NCBI GenBank assembly: GCA_964484755.1
Contig: CAZAGH010000003.1
Coordinates: 15,157 to 79,156 of the forward strand
Source: an uncultured Melioribacter sp.
Lineage (GTDB): Bacteria; Bacteroidota; Ignavibacteria; Kapaibacteriales; Kapaibacteriaceae
Length of the DNA: 64,000 bases
Direction of reading: 5' to 3'
In this document: positions 50,181 through 58,906 of the stretch, one piece after another
How positions within the stretch are numbered: position 1 is the stretch's first letter
Layout of the letters: the number at the start of each line of letters is the position of its first letter
Made by a program: the position numbers and the translations under genes
The notes under the pieces: generated by a model
Databases searched by the model: none
Told to the model about the DNA's origin: nothing
What the model saw: the letters and a program-made list of their open reading frames with translations, nothing else

Positions 50181-50999
50181 CTACAATGCAACCGCAATTC
50201 CTGCGGTTAGGAGCGAAATGTTGTACCTGTTGATGAAGTACGATCTTGCAGGCCTTCCTGTCGAGCCCTGCCATGTTTGAGGGTCAAACACCGGCGTAAG
50301 CGGATACGAATACCCGACGTTGAGATCAATGCCTCGGATCAAACCCAAATCCCGGAAGAGCCTCACTCGTAGCGAACCATGAGCGTTGAATACGAAACTG
50401 TTGTATGCAGAAAGTGACGAGGTTGTATCAATTCGTGTCCGCGAACCATTTTCAAACATCAAGTTTTCTGGAAAGTCAAGCATCTCCGTTTGATGAAACT
50501 CTGTCGATGCGATGTAGTAGGCATCCGGACCAATACCGATCCAAAGCCAGTCTGTGAGCTCGTACTCTACCGTCAGGTGCACCGGCACCGTATGAAATGT
50601 CAGGTCAAGTTCATGCTTGAAGACTGCGTCAACATCTTTGCCTACACCCTGATCGTATACGGGCTGCGTAGAAAATGAAGTGTACGTTACCGGCAAGATC
50701 TGATAGCCTACTCTCGTACTGAGGCGCAGTCCATCATTTGACAAAGGGAAACTACCTCCCAGCTGAACGCCGTAGCCAATACCAGTTGAGTTTTCGAACC
50801 CTAAGCAGCAGTTCTCTATCGGTGGCAATGAATTAAAGTCTACATCGTGAAAAGCGTTCGTACCAAAAAGGTTGATCGACCATTCCGTGGAAGCATTCGC
50901 TGGCGATTCAGTCTGCACAGTGTCGTTCGACACTTGCGCGAATGCAATCATCGTACCAAGCAAGAAGACAGTAGTGAGAGCGAGGATTTGCTTCATCAT
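50181..50999 (-). CDS. Module A gene 3: predicted outer-membrane beta-barrel protein with a conserved FNSLPPIENCC motif
   Basis: Signal peptide MMKQILALTTVFLLGTMIAFAQ, an alternating-hydrophobic strand pattern to the C-terminus, homology to 57050..57973, and an ATGA overlap with the upstream stop. Confidence 0.7.
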   Translation of the reverse strand: MMKQILALTTVFLLGTMIAFAQVSNDTVQTESPANASTEWSINLFGTNAFHDVDFNSLPPIENCCLGFENSTGIGYGVQLGGSFPLSNDGLRLSTRVGYQILPVTYTSFSTQPVYDQGVGKDVDAVFKHELDLTFHTVPVHLTVEYELTDWLWIGIGPDAYYIASTEFHQTEMLDFPENLMFENGSRTRIDTTSSLSAYNSFVFNAHGSLRVRLFRDLGLIRGIDLNVGYSYPLTPVFDPQTWQGSTGRPARSYFINRYNISLLTAGIAVAL

Positions 51000-51904
51000 G
51001 GTAGCTTTAGAAGAGTCGTGCGAGCAGTGTTGTCTGCCGAAACAAATGTTACCGTGTAAGTCCCAGCTGGGATCACGGGCAGGTCCACGGTGACCAGTGG
51101 CCACTGAGCGTTAGCTTCGATACCAAGCTTATGCACAACAATGTTGCCGTGCATATCGGTGATCATAACGGTTCCGGTTACCGATTCTTCCGAGTACACG
51201 CGCAATCCTACACTTGACCCCGTAACAGGATTCGGCGCAACAAGTATTGATGGTTTCCCTGTGGACTTCACAAGGCGCGTATTGCCATATGTCGTGCAAA
51301 GGCCCTGCAGAGTCACAGAACCAGGCGTTGATCGCGTAAACTGGCGGGGAACCGCCGTCCAACGAAACGACTCGACGCGCACTGCACTCATGGTATCGTT
51401 GCCGAGTAGTGCACGAAACACGAGTGTTGTGAGTTTGCCTGACTGCCCCGAAGCTTTGCCCGTAACAGTTATGGTGTGATAGTCGCCGTTGTCTTCGATC
51501 TTATCGAAAACAAGTGGAGCAAGGACTGTGCGATTAAACGCGAGCTTTAGCTCCCACTCACGTTCGACACCGTCCTGAAAAAAGGCACACGGTGCACCAT
51601 ATCCAAGATCAAAGTTGAACGTGTCGCCGACCTGTTGAACCTGCTCCGGAACAACAATCGTTGTGTTCTCATAGCTCTGTTGATAGTAGTCACCTATGCT
51701 CTGCAATCCGCCAGCAAGCCGTGGTGTGGGCCCGACGTCTCCGAGCATCGGTTGGCCTATCGATACGCGCAATCCGAACTTGCCCGAAACGGGGCTGGCG
51801 ATTGCACCGCTTGTAACGCCGCCACCTGCGATGCCGTATTGTGCATGCACGCGGCCAACGAGCAGCATGACAAGGAGGAGAGATAAAATGATGTTTGTTC
51901 TCAT
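50996..51904 (-). CDS. Module A gene 2: secreted protein with a T9SS type-A C-terminal sorting domain
   Basis: The ATG at 51904 gives the signal peptide MRTNIILSLLLVMLLVGRVHAQ. Tail APNPVTGSS..VMITDMHGNIV..IPAGTYTVTF..LLKLP. Homologous to 57970..58887. Confidence 0.75.
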   Translation of the reverse strand: MRTNIILSLLLVMLLVGRVHAQYGIAGGGVTSGAIASPVSGKFGLRVSIGQPMLGDVGPTPRLAGGLQSIGDYYQQSYENTTIVVPEQVQQVGDTFNFDLGYGAPCAFFQDGVEREWELKLAFNRTVLAPLVFDKIEDNGDYHTITVTGKASGQSGKLTTLVFRALLGNDTMSAVRVESFRWTAVPRQFTRSTPGSVTLQGLCTTYGNTRLVKSTGKPSILVAPNPVTGSSVGLRVYSEESVTGTVMITDMHGNIVVHKLGIEANAQWPLVTVDLPVIPAGTYTVTFVSADNTARTTLLKLP

Positions 51905-51939
51905 GGTTGTTCCTTCATTATGACACAGCAATGCTGTCA

Positions 51940-54900
51940 TTACGTTGTTGCCATGAGAACCCACTTCTGGAGAGTTCCAGAGTAGATGAATGTGATGGAT
52001 TGGTTGTTGCCAATAGTCTTATTTGCTACACCGAGGATAAGACGATTGTCAGCCGCTGAGCGATTGTCTTCATTCTGGAAGGTAATGTTCTTACCAGACT
52101 GATTGATGATGATGATGACACGGCCATTCTCACCATTGTCAAAGCCGGTAATGTCGGATCCCTGACCAGCGTTGATCATGCGGAAGAACGCGTTATCGGA
52201 GATGTTGATGTTGTTGATTACCGTGCCCGCTCCACGGAGTAAGTCAATATCAATTGTTGTACCCTCAGTCAGTACGAACTTTCCGATGTTGCTTGATGGA
52301 TTTTCAGCCACCCACTTATCGGTAGCTGCGTCATAGACGAGAGCAAATCCGTCTTGCAATGTCAAAGGTGATGTGATCTGCTTGCCACCAATTGTCGAAG
52401 CATCAGCAGAAAACGTTGCCGGCTTCCATGTATTAGCAGTTGCATCCCATGTGAGCACTTGATTGTTGGTTGGAGCCGTTGCTGCTACTGCGCGGCCCTG
52501 AAGACCATCAACCGTTGGATTCGGATATGTACCATTGAGATCACCACCTGCTGTTCCACCTGGAGCAACACCGCTGATGGTTACGTTGTTGGCTGCCGTT
52601 ACGCGACCTTGCGCGTCAACTGTGAATGAACCTACTTGTGTTGCTGTGCCGTACTGGCCTGCCGTGACGGCAGTGTTTGAGAGCTTAGCACTTGTTACCG
52701 AACCGTCAGCAATATCTGCCGTGCCCACAGCTCCGTCAAGTATCGATGTGGATGTGACCGCCCCTGTAGCGAGAGTCGGATTCGGATACGTACCAGTGAG
52801 AGCGCCGCCCGCACTTCCGCCTGGCGTAACACCGGCAATCGTGATGTTCGCAGCAGCTGTTATGCGACCCTTCGAGTCAACGGTAAACGAACCAACTTCA
52901 GTGGCAGTACCATACGAACCGGCGGCAACACCCGTTGTGCTGAGCTTCGCACTGGTGATCGCGCCGTCTGCAACCTTTGCAGTCGTTACGGCACCGTCAG
53001 CAAGATCTGCGGTTGCTACCGAACCGTCAATGATGTTTGCTGATCCAACAGAACCATTGGCGAGCGTTGGATTAGGGAACGATCCTGTGAGCGCACCACC
53101 AGCTGCGCCAGTTGGTGAGGCTCCTGTGATGGTGACATTCGTTGCACTTGTAATGCGACCCTTAGCATCGACCGTGAACTGACCAACCTGTGTTGCTGAT
53201 CCATAGGTGCCCGCTGTGACCAACGTGTTCGCAAGCTTAGCGTCAGTTACAGCGCCATCCGCGAGGTCGGCTGTGCCAACCGCTCCATCTGCGATAGAGG
53301 AAGAGCTTACAGCTCCCGTAGACAGTGTTGGGTTGGGGTACGTTCCTGCAAGTGCGCCGCCCGCTGCACCTGTAGGTGCTGCACCTGTGATGGTAACATT
53401 TGTTGCGCCAGTTATGCGACCCGACGCATCAACAGTGAACTGCCCAACCTGCGTTGCTGATCCGAACGTTCCAGCATTAACACCTGTGGCTGCCATCTTT
53501 GCAGAGGTCACCGCGCCGTCACCGAGGTCAGATGTTGCAATCGATCCATCTGTGATGTTGCCTGATGCTACCGAGTTGCTGGCAAGCGATGGGTTTGGAT
53601 AGCTGCCTGTTAGTGCACCACCGGCAGATCCACCAGGAACAACACCAGAAATCGTTACGTTCTGCGCCGCTGTTATGCGTCCTGCAGCGTCCACAGTAAA
53701 CTGTCCTACCTGGCTGGACGTACCATACGTGCCGAACAAAACGCCAGTGCTTGTCATCTTAGACGACGTCAGCGTTTCGTCTGCAATATCCACTGCTTGG
53801 ATCGAACCATCGGCAATGCGTGATGAAGTAACAGAGCCAACTGCAAGAACTGGATTAGGGTAATTTCCAGTAAGTCCGCCGCCTGCGCGACCTGTTGGTT
53901 CAGCTGCCGCTATTGTTACGTTCCCTGCACTTGTGATACGTCCAGCAGCATCAACGGTGAATTGGCCGACCTGAGTGGCTGAACCGTATATGCCAGCTGT
54001 AACACCAGTGTTGGAAAGCTTTGCTGAGTTTACGATTCCATCCCCAAGATCAGCAGTTGCGATCGAGCCGTCTGTGATGTTGCCAGAGCTTACCGAATTG
54101 GCTGCGAGCGTTGGGTTAGGATATGTTCCTGTGAGTGCTCCGCCAGCGGAACCGCCAGGTGTGGTACCCGTGATTGTGACGTTTCCGGCAAAGGTGAGGC
54201 GACCCTGTGAATTGACGGTGAACTGACCAACCTGTGTTGCACTGCCGTACGTTGCAGCAGTTACACCAGTTGATGAGAGCTTCGCATCATTAACAGCACC
54301 ATCGGCAATGTTTGTTGTTGAGATACCGCCCGCTGCGATGTCAGAAGATGTGATTGTACCGTCGATGATGTTTGCGGAAGCGACAGCGTTATTCGCCAGG
54401 GTAGGGTTCGGATATGTGCCAGAGAGAACGCCACCTGCCGAGCCGCCCGGTGTAACACCTGAAATGGTTACGTTTGATGCCGTTGTAAGACGTCCCTGCG
54501 CATCAACCGTAAATGCACCAACTTGCGTCGAAGATCCATAAGAACCTGCAGTGACCGTCGTGTTGGCCAGCTTGTTAGCCGTAACAGCCCCATCTGCCAG
54601 ATCGGCTGATGTTACTGAACCATCTGCGATCGCAGAAGAAGTAACTGCACCAGCTGCTAGTGTAGGATTGGGATATGTACCGGAGAGAACACCGCCCGCT
54701 GGGCCGCTTGGAGAGATTCCGGAGATGGCAACGTTTGTTGCTGATGTGATGTGACCACGAGCATCTATCGTTATCTGCGGCACAAGCAGGCTCGAACCAT
54801 ACGTGGCTGCTGTTACACCCGATAGGTAGTGCTTTGGAGCTGTGATTGCACCATCAGCAATGTCGTTAGTAGAAATCGTGAGATCTTGAATGTTGGTCGA

Positions 54901-56793
54901 CGTTACAACTCCCGTTCCAAGACTTGGATTAGGATATGTACCTGAGAGAACACCTCCCGCTGCACCACCTGGAGTTGTGCCGCTGATCGTGATGTTCTGC
55001 GCTGTTGTTACGCGGCCTTGAGCATCAACTGTGAACTGACCAACTTGTGTCGCGTTTCCGTACGTGCCTGATGTAACGCCTGTGGTTGAGAGCTTCGACG
55101 ATGGAATTGCACCGTCGGCAAGGTCTGAGCCTTGGATCGAACCATCAACGATGTTGAGCGATGTTACAGAGTTATTCGCAAGTGTTGGGTTCGGATATGA
55201 TCCCGAGAGAGCGCCGCCAGCCGGACCCGATGGTGCTGTTGGTGCGATTGGAATGGAAAATGCTGTGACGACGCGACCTGATGAGTCAACAGCCACAACT
55301 GCTGAATGCGTTGACGAGCCATATTGGCCAGGATTTACTCCCGTTGGTACAAGCTTCTGCGAGGTAACAGCGCGGTCAACGATTTTATCTGTCGATACCG
55401 CGTTACTTGCAAGATCAACATTCGCAACAGTGCCGTCCAGAATTTTGCTTGATGTTACAGCTGCATTCTTGATGTTGTCTGTACCAACGACATCGAGTGC
55501 CAGCTGTGGGTTTGGATATGTTCCGGTAAGGTCGCCGCTGGCAGGACCAGTAGGGGGCGAGCCAGCCATTGGGACATTCTGGATCGTAACGATTCGACCC
55601 GACTTATCGACATACATTTGAGGGATCAGGGTAGACGAGCCATAAAGCCCGGCATCCAGTGGCATCTGTGAAAGCTCATCACTGCCAATAGAGCCATCCT
55701 TAATGTTGGCAGCCGTGATCGTATTTGGGGCGATCTTTTGGCTTGTAACAGCAAAGTCTGCGAGCTTCTGTTCGGTTACAGCCTTGTCGGCAATCTTCGT
55801 TGTCGTGATGGCAGCACCAGAAATCTTTTCCGATGTTACCGCACCCTCTGCAAGTTTTGGTGTTGTTACGTTGAAGTCAACAAGCTTCGATGTCGTAACG
55901 CTATTGTCGGCAAGCTCAGTTGTCGTTACCGCTGCACGCGCAATCTTCTCAGTCGTGATGACGCCGTTCTTGATCGTTGGTGCCGGATAGAAACCTGTGA
56001 GTTCTCCACCAGCCGTTCCTCCAGGCGGTACGCCAATGATTGGAACTTGTTCGGCAAACGTCACACGGCCCTGCTCGTCTACACGCAGCACTGTACTGGT
56101 GTTCGATGAGCCAAAAGGACCAAGTGGGCCTTGATGAATCTCCTGCAGTGCGGCTGCACCAACAGTGTTATCGTTGATCTTCAGAGTAAGGGCGTTGAGT
56201 GCACCAGAAACGGTAACGTCTGATCCTGTGCTTGATGCTGCCCCCTCTACGCGAGCAGCATTAATCGACTTCGTACCTGTGGCATTGATAGAGTTGATCA
56301 GAACATCACCCATGTTGTTGGCCGGGTTGTTGATCGACTGACGTATAGAATCAGCGACCTGCGGCGTTACAGCGCTTGCAATCTCAGCAGACTTAGCATT
56401 CAATGCGTTGAGAGCGTAGGGAACGGCTGTGAGGAACACCCGCGGTGTCAGCTCCGGTTGGCTGTTGATCGAGGTGCCAAGCCATAAGAATTGATCGAAT
56501 GAAACATCCAGTGGAGTCTTGTCGCCAAGGATAACGTTGAATACGCCACCATTGGTCGTTACTGTGTGACGCTCTTTCCAGATCCCGGTGCCGCCAAGCG
56601 CAACATTATATAGCGTAAGGTCAACTGTCCAGACGCTATCGCAGACTGGAATGCCGGTAGTGTCGATCAACACCCCTTGGTATGTGATCTTCTTTGGAAT
56701 GCCTGCCTGCGCAGATGCGCCAGTAGACGCTGCTGCGATAACAACCGCGAGCATGAGCGCCATGAACAGGCCACGTACTATCGTCTGTGCCAT
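51940..56793 (-). CDS. Module A gene 1: giant (1617 aa) secreted repeat protein, fibre-like
   Basis: The ATG at 56793 gives the signal peptide [28 protein letters not shown]. It is followed by an N-terminal ~100-aa domain, 13 repeat modules and a 189-aa C-terminal domain. Confidence 0.85.
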   Translation of the reverse strand: MAQTIVRGLFMALMLAVVIAAASTGASAQAGIPKKITYQGVLIDTTGIPVCDSVWTVDLTLYNVALGGTGIWKERHTVTTNGGVFNVILGDKTPLDVSFDQFLWLGTSINSQPELTPRVFLTAVPYALNALNAKSAEIASAVTPQVADSIRQSINNPANNMGDVLINSINATGTKSINAARVEGAASSTGSDVTVSGALNALTLKINDNTVGAAALQEIHQGPLGPFGSSNTSTVLRVDEQGRVTFAEQVPIIGVPPGGTAGGELTGFYPAPTIKNGVITTEKIARAAVTTTELADNSVTTSKLVDFNVTTPKLAEGAVTSEKISGAAITTTKIADKAVTEQKLADFAVTSQKIAPNTITAANIKDGSIGSDELSQMPLDAGLYGSSTLIPQMYVDKSGRIVTIQNVPMAGSPPTGPASGDLTGTYPNPQLALDVVGTDNIKNAAVTSSKILDGTVANVDLASNAVSTDKIVDRAVTSQKLVPTGVNPGQYGSSTHSAVVAVDSSGRVVTAFSIPIAPTAPSGPAGGALSGSYPNPTLANNSVTSLNIVDGSIQGSDLADGAIPSSKLSTTGVTSGTYGNATQVGQFTVDAQGRVTTAQNITISGTTPGGAAGGVLSGTYPNPSLGTGVVTSTNIQDLTISTNDIADGAITAPKHYLSGVTAATYGSSLLVPQITIDARGHITSATNVAISGISPSGPAGGVLSGTYPNPTLAAGAVTSSAIADGSVTSADLADGAVTANKLANTTVTAGSYGSSTQVGAFTVDAQGRLTTASNVTISGVTPGGSAGGVLSGTYPNPTLANNAVASANIIDGTITSSDIAAGGISTTNIADGAVNDAKLSSTGVTAATYGSATQVGQFTVNSQGRLTFAGNVTITGTTPGGSAGGALTGTYPNPTLAANSVSSGNITDGSIATADLGDGIVNSAKLSNTGVTAGIYGSATQVGQFTVDAAGRITSAGNVTIAAAEPTGRAGGGLTGNYPNPVLAVGSVTSSRIADGSIQAVDIADETLTSSKMTSTGVLFGTYGTSSQVGQFTVDAAGRITAAQNVTISGVVPGGSAGGALTGSYPNPSLASNSVASGNITDGSIATSDLGDGAVTSAKMAATGVNAGTFGSATQVGQFTVDASGRITGATNVTITGAAPTGAAGGALAGTYPNPTLSTGAVSSSSIADGAVGTADLADGAVTDAKLANTLVTAGTYGSATQVGQFTVDAKGRITSATNVTITGASPTGAAGGALTGSFPNPTLANGSVGSANIIDGSVATADLADGAVTTAKVADGAITSAKLSTTGVAAGSYGTATEVGSFTVDSKGRITAAANITIAGVTPGGSAGGALTGTYPNPTLATGAVTSTSILDGAVGTADIADGSVTSAKLSNTAVTAGQYGTATQVGSFTVDAQGRVTAANNVTISGVAPGGTAGGDLNGTYPNPTVDGLQGRAVAATAPTNNQVLTWDATANTWKPATFSADASTIGGKQITSPLTLQDGFALVYDAATDKWVAENPSSNIGKFVLTEGTTIDIDLLRGAGTVINNINISDNAFFRMINAGQGSDITGFDNGENGRVIIIINQSGKNITFQNEDNRSAADNRLILGVANKTIGNNQSITFIYSGTLQKWVLMATT
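52510..56142 (-). repeat. Coding repeat array of giant protein 1: 13 modules of 87+10k residues, with nested decapeptide repeats
   Basis: Hand-counted spacings between (Y/F)P(N/A)P motifs are 157, 107, 87, 87, 87, 97, 87, 87, 87, 87, 97, 87. Confidence 0.85.
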
Positions 56794-56940
56794 ATGAAAA
56801 ACCCAACAGTGTAGATATACTTTTGTTTCGATGAGACGAGGCGCAGAGCGTGTATGTCGGGCCGTTAACCCCTTGTCGAAGGCACTCTTGCGCACAAGAC
56901 GCAAAATTATCACGAGCCAGTCTAGTAGCGCTCGCACGGA

Positions 56941-56968
56941 TGTGGATAACCATAGTTACTTGTCCACA
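56941..56968. promoter_or_regulatory. Inverted pair of DnaA-box-like 9-mers upstream of giant gene 1
   Basis: TGTGGATAA (56941-56949, the reverse complement of TTATCCACA), a 10-nt spacer, then TTGTCCACA (56960-56968). Confidence 0.35.
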
Positions 56969-56986
56969 ATTCTGATAAATGATTAT

Positions 56987-57021
56987 AAAAAAGCGGGACA
57001 TCACTCAAGGTGATGCCCCGC
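56987..57021 (-). terminator. Rho-independent terminator after module B
   Basis: On the minus strand: gcggggcatca-ccttgag-tgatgtcccgc (one mismatch) followed by TTTTTT. It lies 28 nt downstream of the stop at 57050. Confidence 0.75.
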
Positions 57022-57049
57022 ATACAAAAGCAGCTCTGACGTTGAGGGG

Positions 57050-57973
57050 TTAGAAAACCAAGCCGAACCCAAACGTCAACATTGATATTGAATATGAATC
57101 AATAAAGAACGTTGCAGGTGGATTACCGTACATACCTCTCCATGTTTGTGCAGAGAACAACGGTTGCAGTGGCAGCGAATATCGCCCGAAGATATCGACA
57201 CCAACCGCCCCCTGTTGCTTTTCAATTAATCGGATGCGCGCAGAACCTGTGGCATTGAAAACGACAGCATTCTGGCCGCGAACGTATCCATTCTTGTCCA
57301 AACGCACGCGTGTGCCCGTCTCGAAGACAAGGTTGGATGGTTCTTCTAGCGTTTCTGTTTGGTGAAAGGAGCCCGTAGCATAGAAGTAGCCGTCGAGCCC
57401 GAATCCAAGGTAGAAACTGCTAAGAACGGGATACTCGAGTCGTGCACCAAACGTTACGGTTGTCCAGGTTACGTCTAGTGTATGACGAAAGAGGGCGTCG
57501 CCAGAGACAACACCACCAGTGAACGCCTTTTCCGTAGAGTACGAATCAAACGACACGGGCATGTTAACATAGCCGATGTGTGGTGTGATCGTAAGGCCAT
57601 CAGCGGTAAGGGGCGTTGTGTATCCAAGCTCAAAGCCGAATCCCAGCCCCTTGCTGTCACTGAACCCTGTGCAGCAGTTTTCGATAGGAGGAAGCGAGTT
57701 GAATGATGCATTGTGCGTAGCAAGGTTGCCTACGAACGATACCGTAATCTCGTCATGTGAATGAGCGACGCCATGGTCATGCACGTGTTGATGCTCGTGC
57801 ACATGTCCGTATGCATGCGAATGTTCATGTGGGTGAGTATCGCTTGCTGAATGCTGGTGTGCGTGACCGTGGTTGTGATCGTGCACATGCATGGTGTCGG
57901 ACTGCTGCGCGGAAGCCGATGTCATGCAAAGCAAATACGCCGCCATAATTGTAACTGAGAAGCTTGATATCAT
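57050..57973 (-). CDS. Module B gene 3: predicted outer-membrane beta-barrel protein with a His-rich N-terminal tract and the FNSLPPIENCC motif
   Basis: Signal peptide, 19 His within 45 residues after it, a beta-strand pattern ending in a C-terminal Phe, and an ATGA overlap with the upstream stop. Confidence 0.7.
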   Translation of the reverse strand: MISSFSVTIMAAYLLCMTSASAQQSDTMHVHDHNHGHAHQHSASDTHPHEHSHAYGHVHEHQHVHDHGVAHSHDEITVSFVGNLATHNASFNSLPPIENCCTGFSDSKGLGFGFELGYTTPLTADGLTITPHIGYVNMPVSFDSYSTEKAFTGGVVSGDALFRHTLDVTWTTVTFGARLEYPVLSSFYLGFGLDGYFYATGSFHQTETLEEPSNLVFETGTRVRLDKNGYVRGQNAVVFNATGSARIRLIEKQQGAVGVDIFGRYSLPLQPLFSAQTWRGMYGNPPATFFIDSYSISMLTFGFGLVF

Positions 57974-58887
57974 GGCAGCTTCACCATAGTAGTTCGTACC
58001 ACATCGTTTTCCGTAAAGAGAGCCACCGTGTACGAACCAGCAGGGATCACCTGAAGCTCAACGGTTGTCATCGGCCATGTTGATCCTGCCTCCACTCGGT
58101 CTGCTGTGTAGACGATGTTCCCGTGAATGTCTGTCACGACAAGCGTTCCAACTTGCTGTTTATCTGAGTATGTGCGCATCGTGAACGATGAGCCCGTTAC
58201 AGGATTTGGTGCAATGAGGATCGCCATCTTGCTTGGGTCTTTCAGCAAACGCGTAGAGCCATAGGTGTTGCATAGACCACGAAGAACGACGGTCCCTTGC
58301 ATGGACTGAACATACTGACGTTGCGCATCTACCCAGCGGAATGATTCAACTCGGACATCTGTGACGGAGTCGTTTCCAAGGCGCCCCATCATCGGGATGC
58401 GGGTTAGCACTCCATTGTTTGATGTTGCACTGCCTGTAAGTGTGATCGTGTAACGATCCCCATCATCAACAAGAGAATCATAGCGAAGGGGCTCGAGCAC
58501 TGTTCGGTTGAAACTGAGCTTGAGTTCCCAGTCGCGGTCCACCACCGTGCTCTGAAAAAGTGCGCACGATGCACTGTAGCCAACTTCAAGAGCAAACGTA
58601 TCGCCAATTTGCTTGACAACACTGTCGACTCTGAGAAGCGTTGATTCGTAGTACTTCTGAACGGCGTTACCATGGCTGATGATGCCGGAGCGGACGATCG
58701 GGTCGAGACCCGTTTCGCCAACAATTGGCAGACCAACAGCCCCCTGCATGTGGTAGTCACCAAGTTGGATCGCAGTTGTCGCGCCACTGGTCACAACCCC
58801 GCCCACGACTGTCTGACCCTGCATCGGGGATCCCACGATGCCGAGAAGACAACCAATCACGAGTATGTGTTTCATTGTTGTTTTCAT
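57970..58887 (-). CDS. Module B gene 2: secreted protein with a T9SS type-A C-terminal sorting domain
   Basis: Signal peptide MKTTMKHILVIGCLLGIVG. Tail APNPVTGSS..VVTDIHGNIV..IPAGSYTVAL..MVKLP. Confidence 0.75.
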   Translation of the reverse strand: MKTTMKHILVIGCLLGIVGSPMQGQTVVGGVVTSGATTAIQLGDYHMQGAVGLPIVGETGLDPIVRSGIISHGNAVQKYYESTLLRVDSVVKQIGDTFALEVGYSASCALFQSTVVDRDWELKLSFNRTVLEPLRYDSLVDDGDRYTITLTGSATSNNGVLTRIPMMGRLGNDSVTDVRVESFRWVDAQRQYVQSMQGTVVLRGLCNTYGSTRLLKDPSKMAILIAPNPVTGSSFTMRTYSDKQQVGTLVVTDIHGNIVYTADRVEAGSTWPMTTVELQVIPAGSYTVALFTENDVVRTTMVKLP

Positions 58888-58906
58888 CCTTGATACTGTG
58901 ATTGGA

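Noticed and set aside
51905-51939. An apparent inverted repeat (tgacacagcaatgctgtca) between giant gene 1 and gene 2
   Set aside because: The arms pair imperfectly and leave almost no loop. The sequence is not matched in the module B junction, so it is probably fortuitous.
52535-55621. Long plus-strand ORFs antisense to giant gene 1 (for example 52535..53182, 53207..53602, 55064..55621), encoding Pro/Val/Thr/Ala-rich peptides
   Set aside because: They mirror the sense-strand repeat periodicity. They are explained by the biased codon content of the Gly/Ala/Thr/Val-rich repeats, which leaves antisense frames free of stops. They have no start context, no independent conservation signal, and they overlap a far longer coherent CDS.
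56794-56937. A 48-codon N-terminal extension of giant protein 1 in the ORF track, with similar extensions at 51905..51964, 51000..51104, 37818..37949, 7751..7813, 9525..9566 and 39648..39707
   Set aside because: In each case an internal ATG yields a proper signal peptide or the conserved family N-terminus and removes overlap with neighbouring genes. The extensions themselves are not signal-like or conserved-looking.
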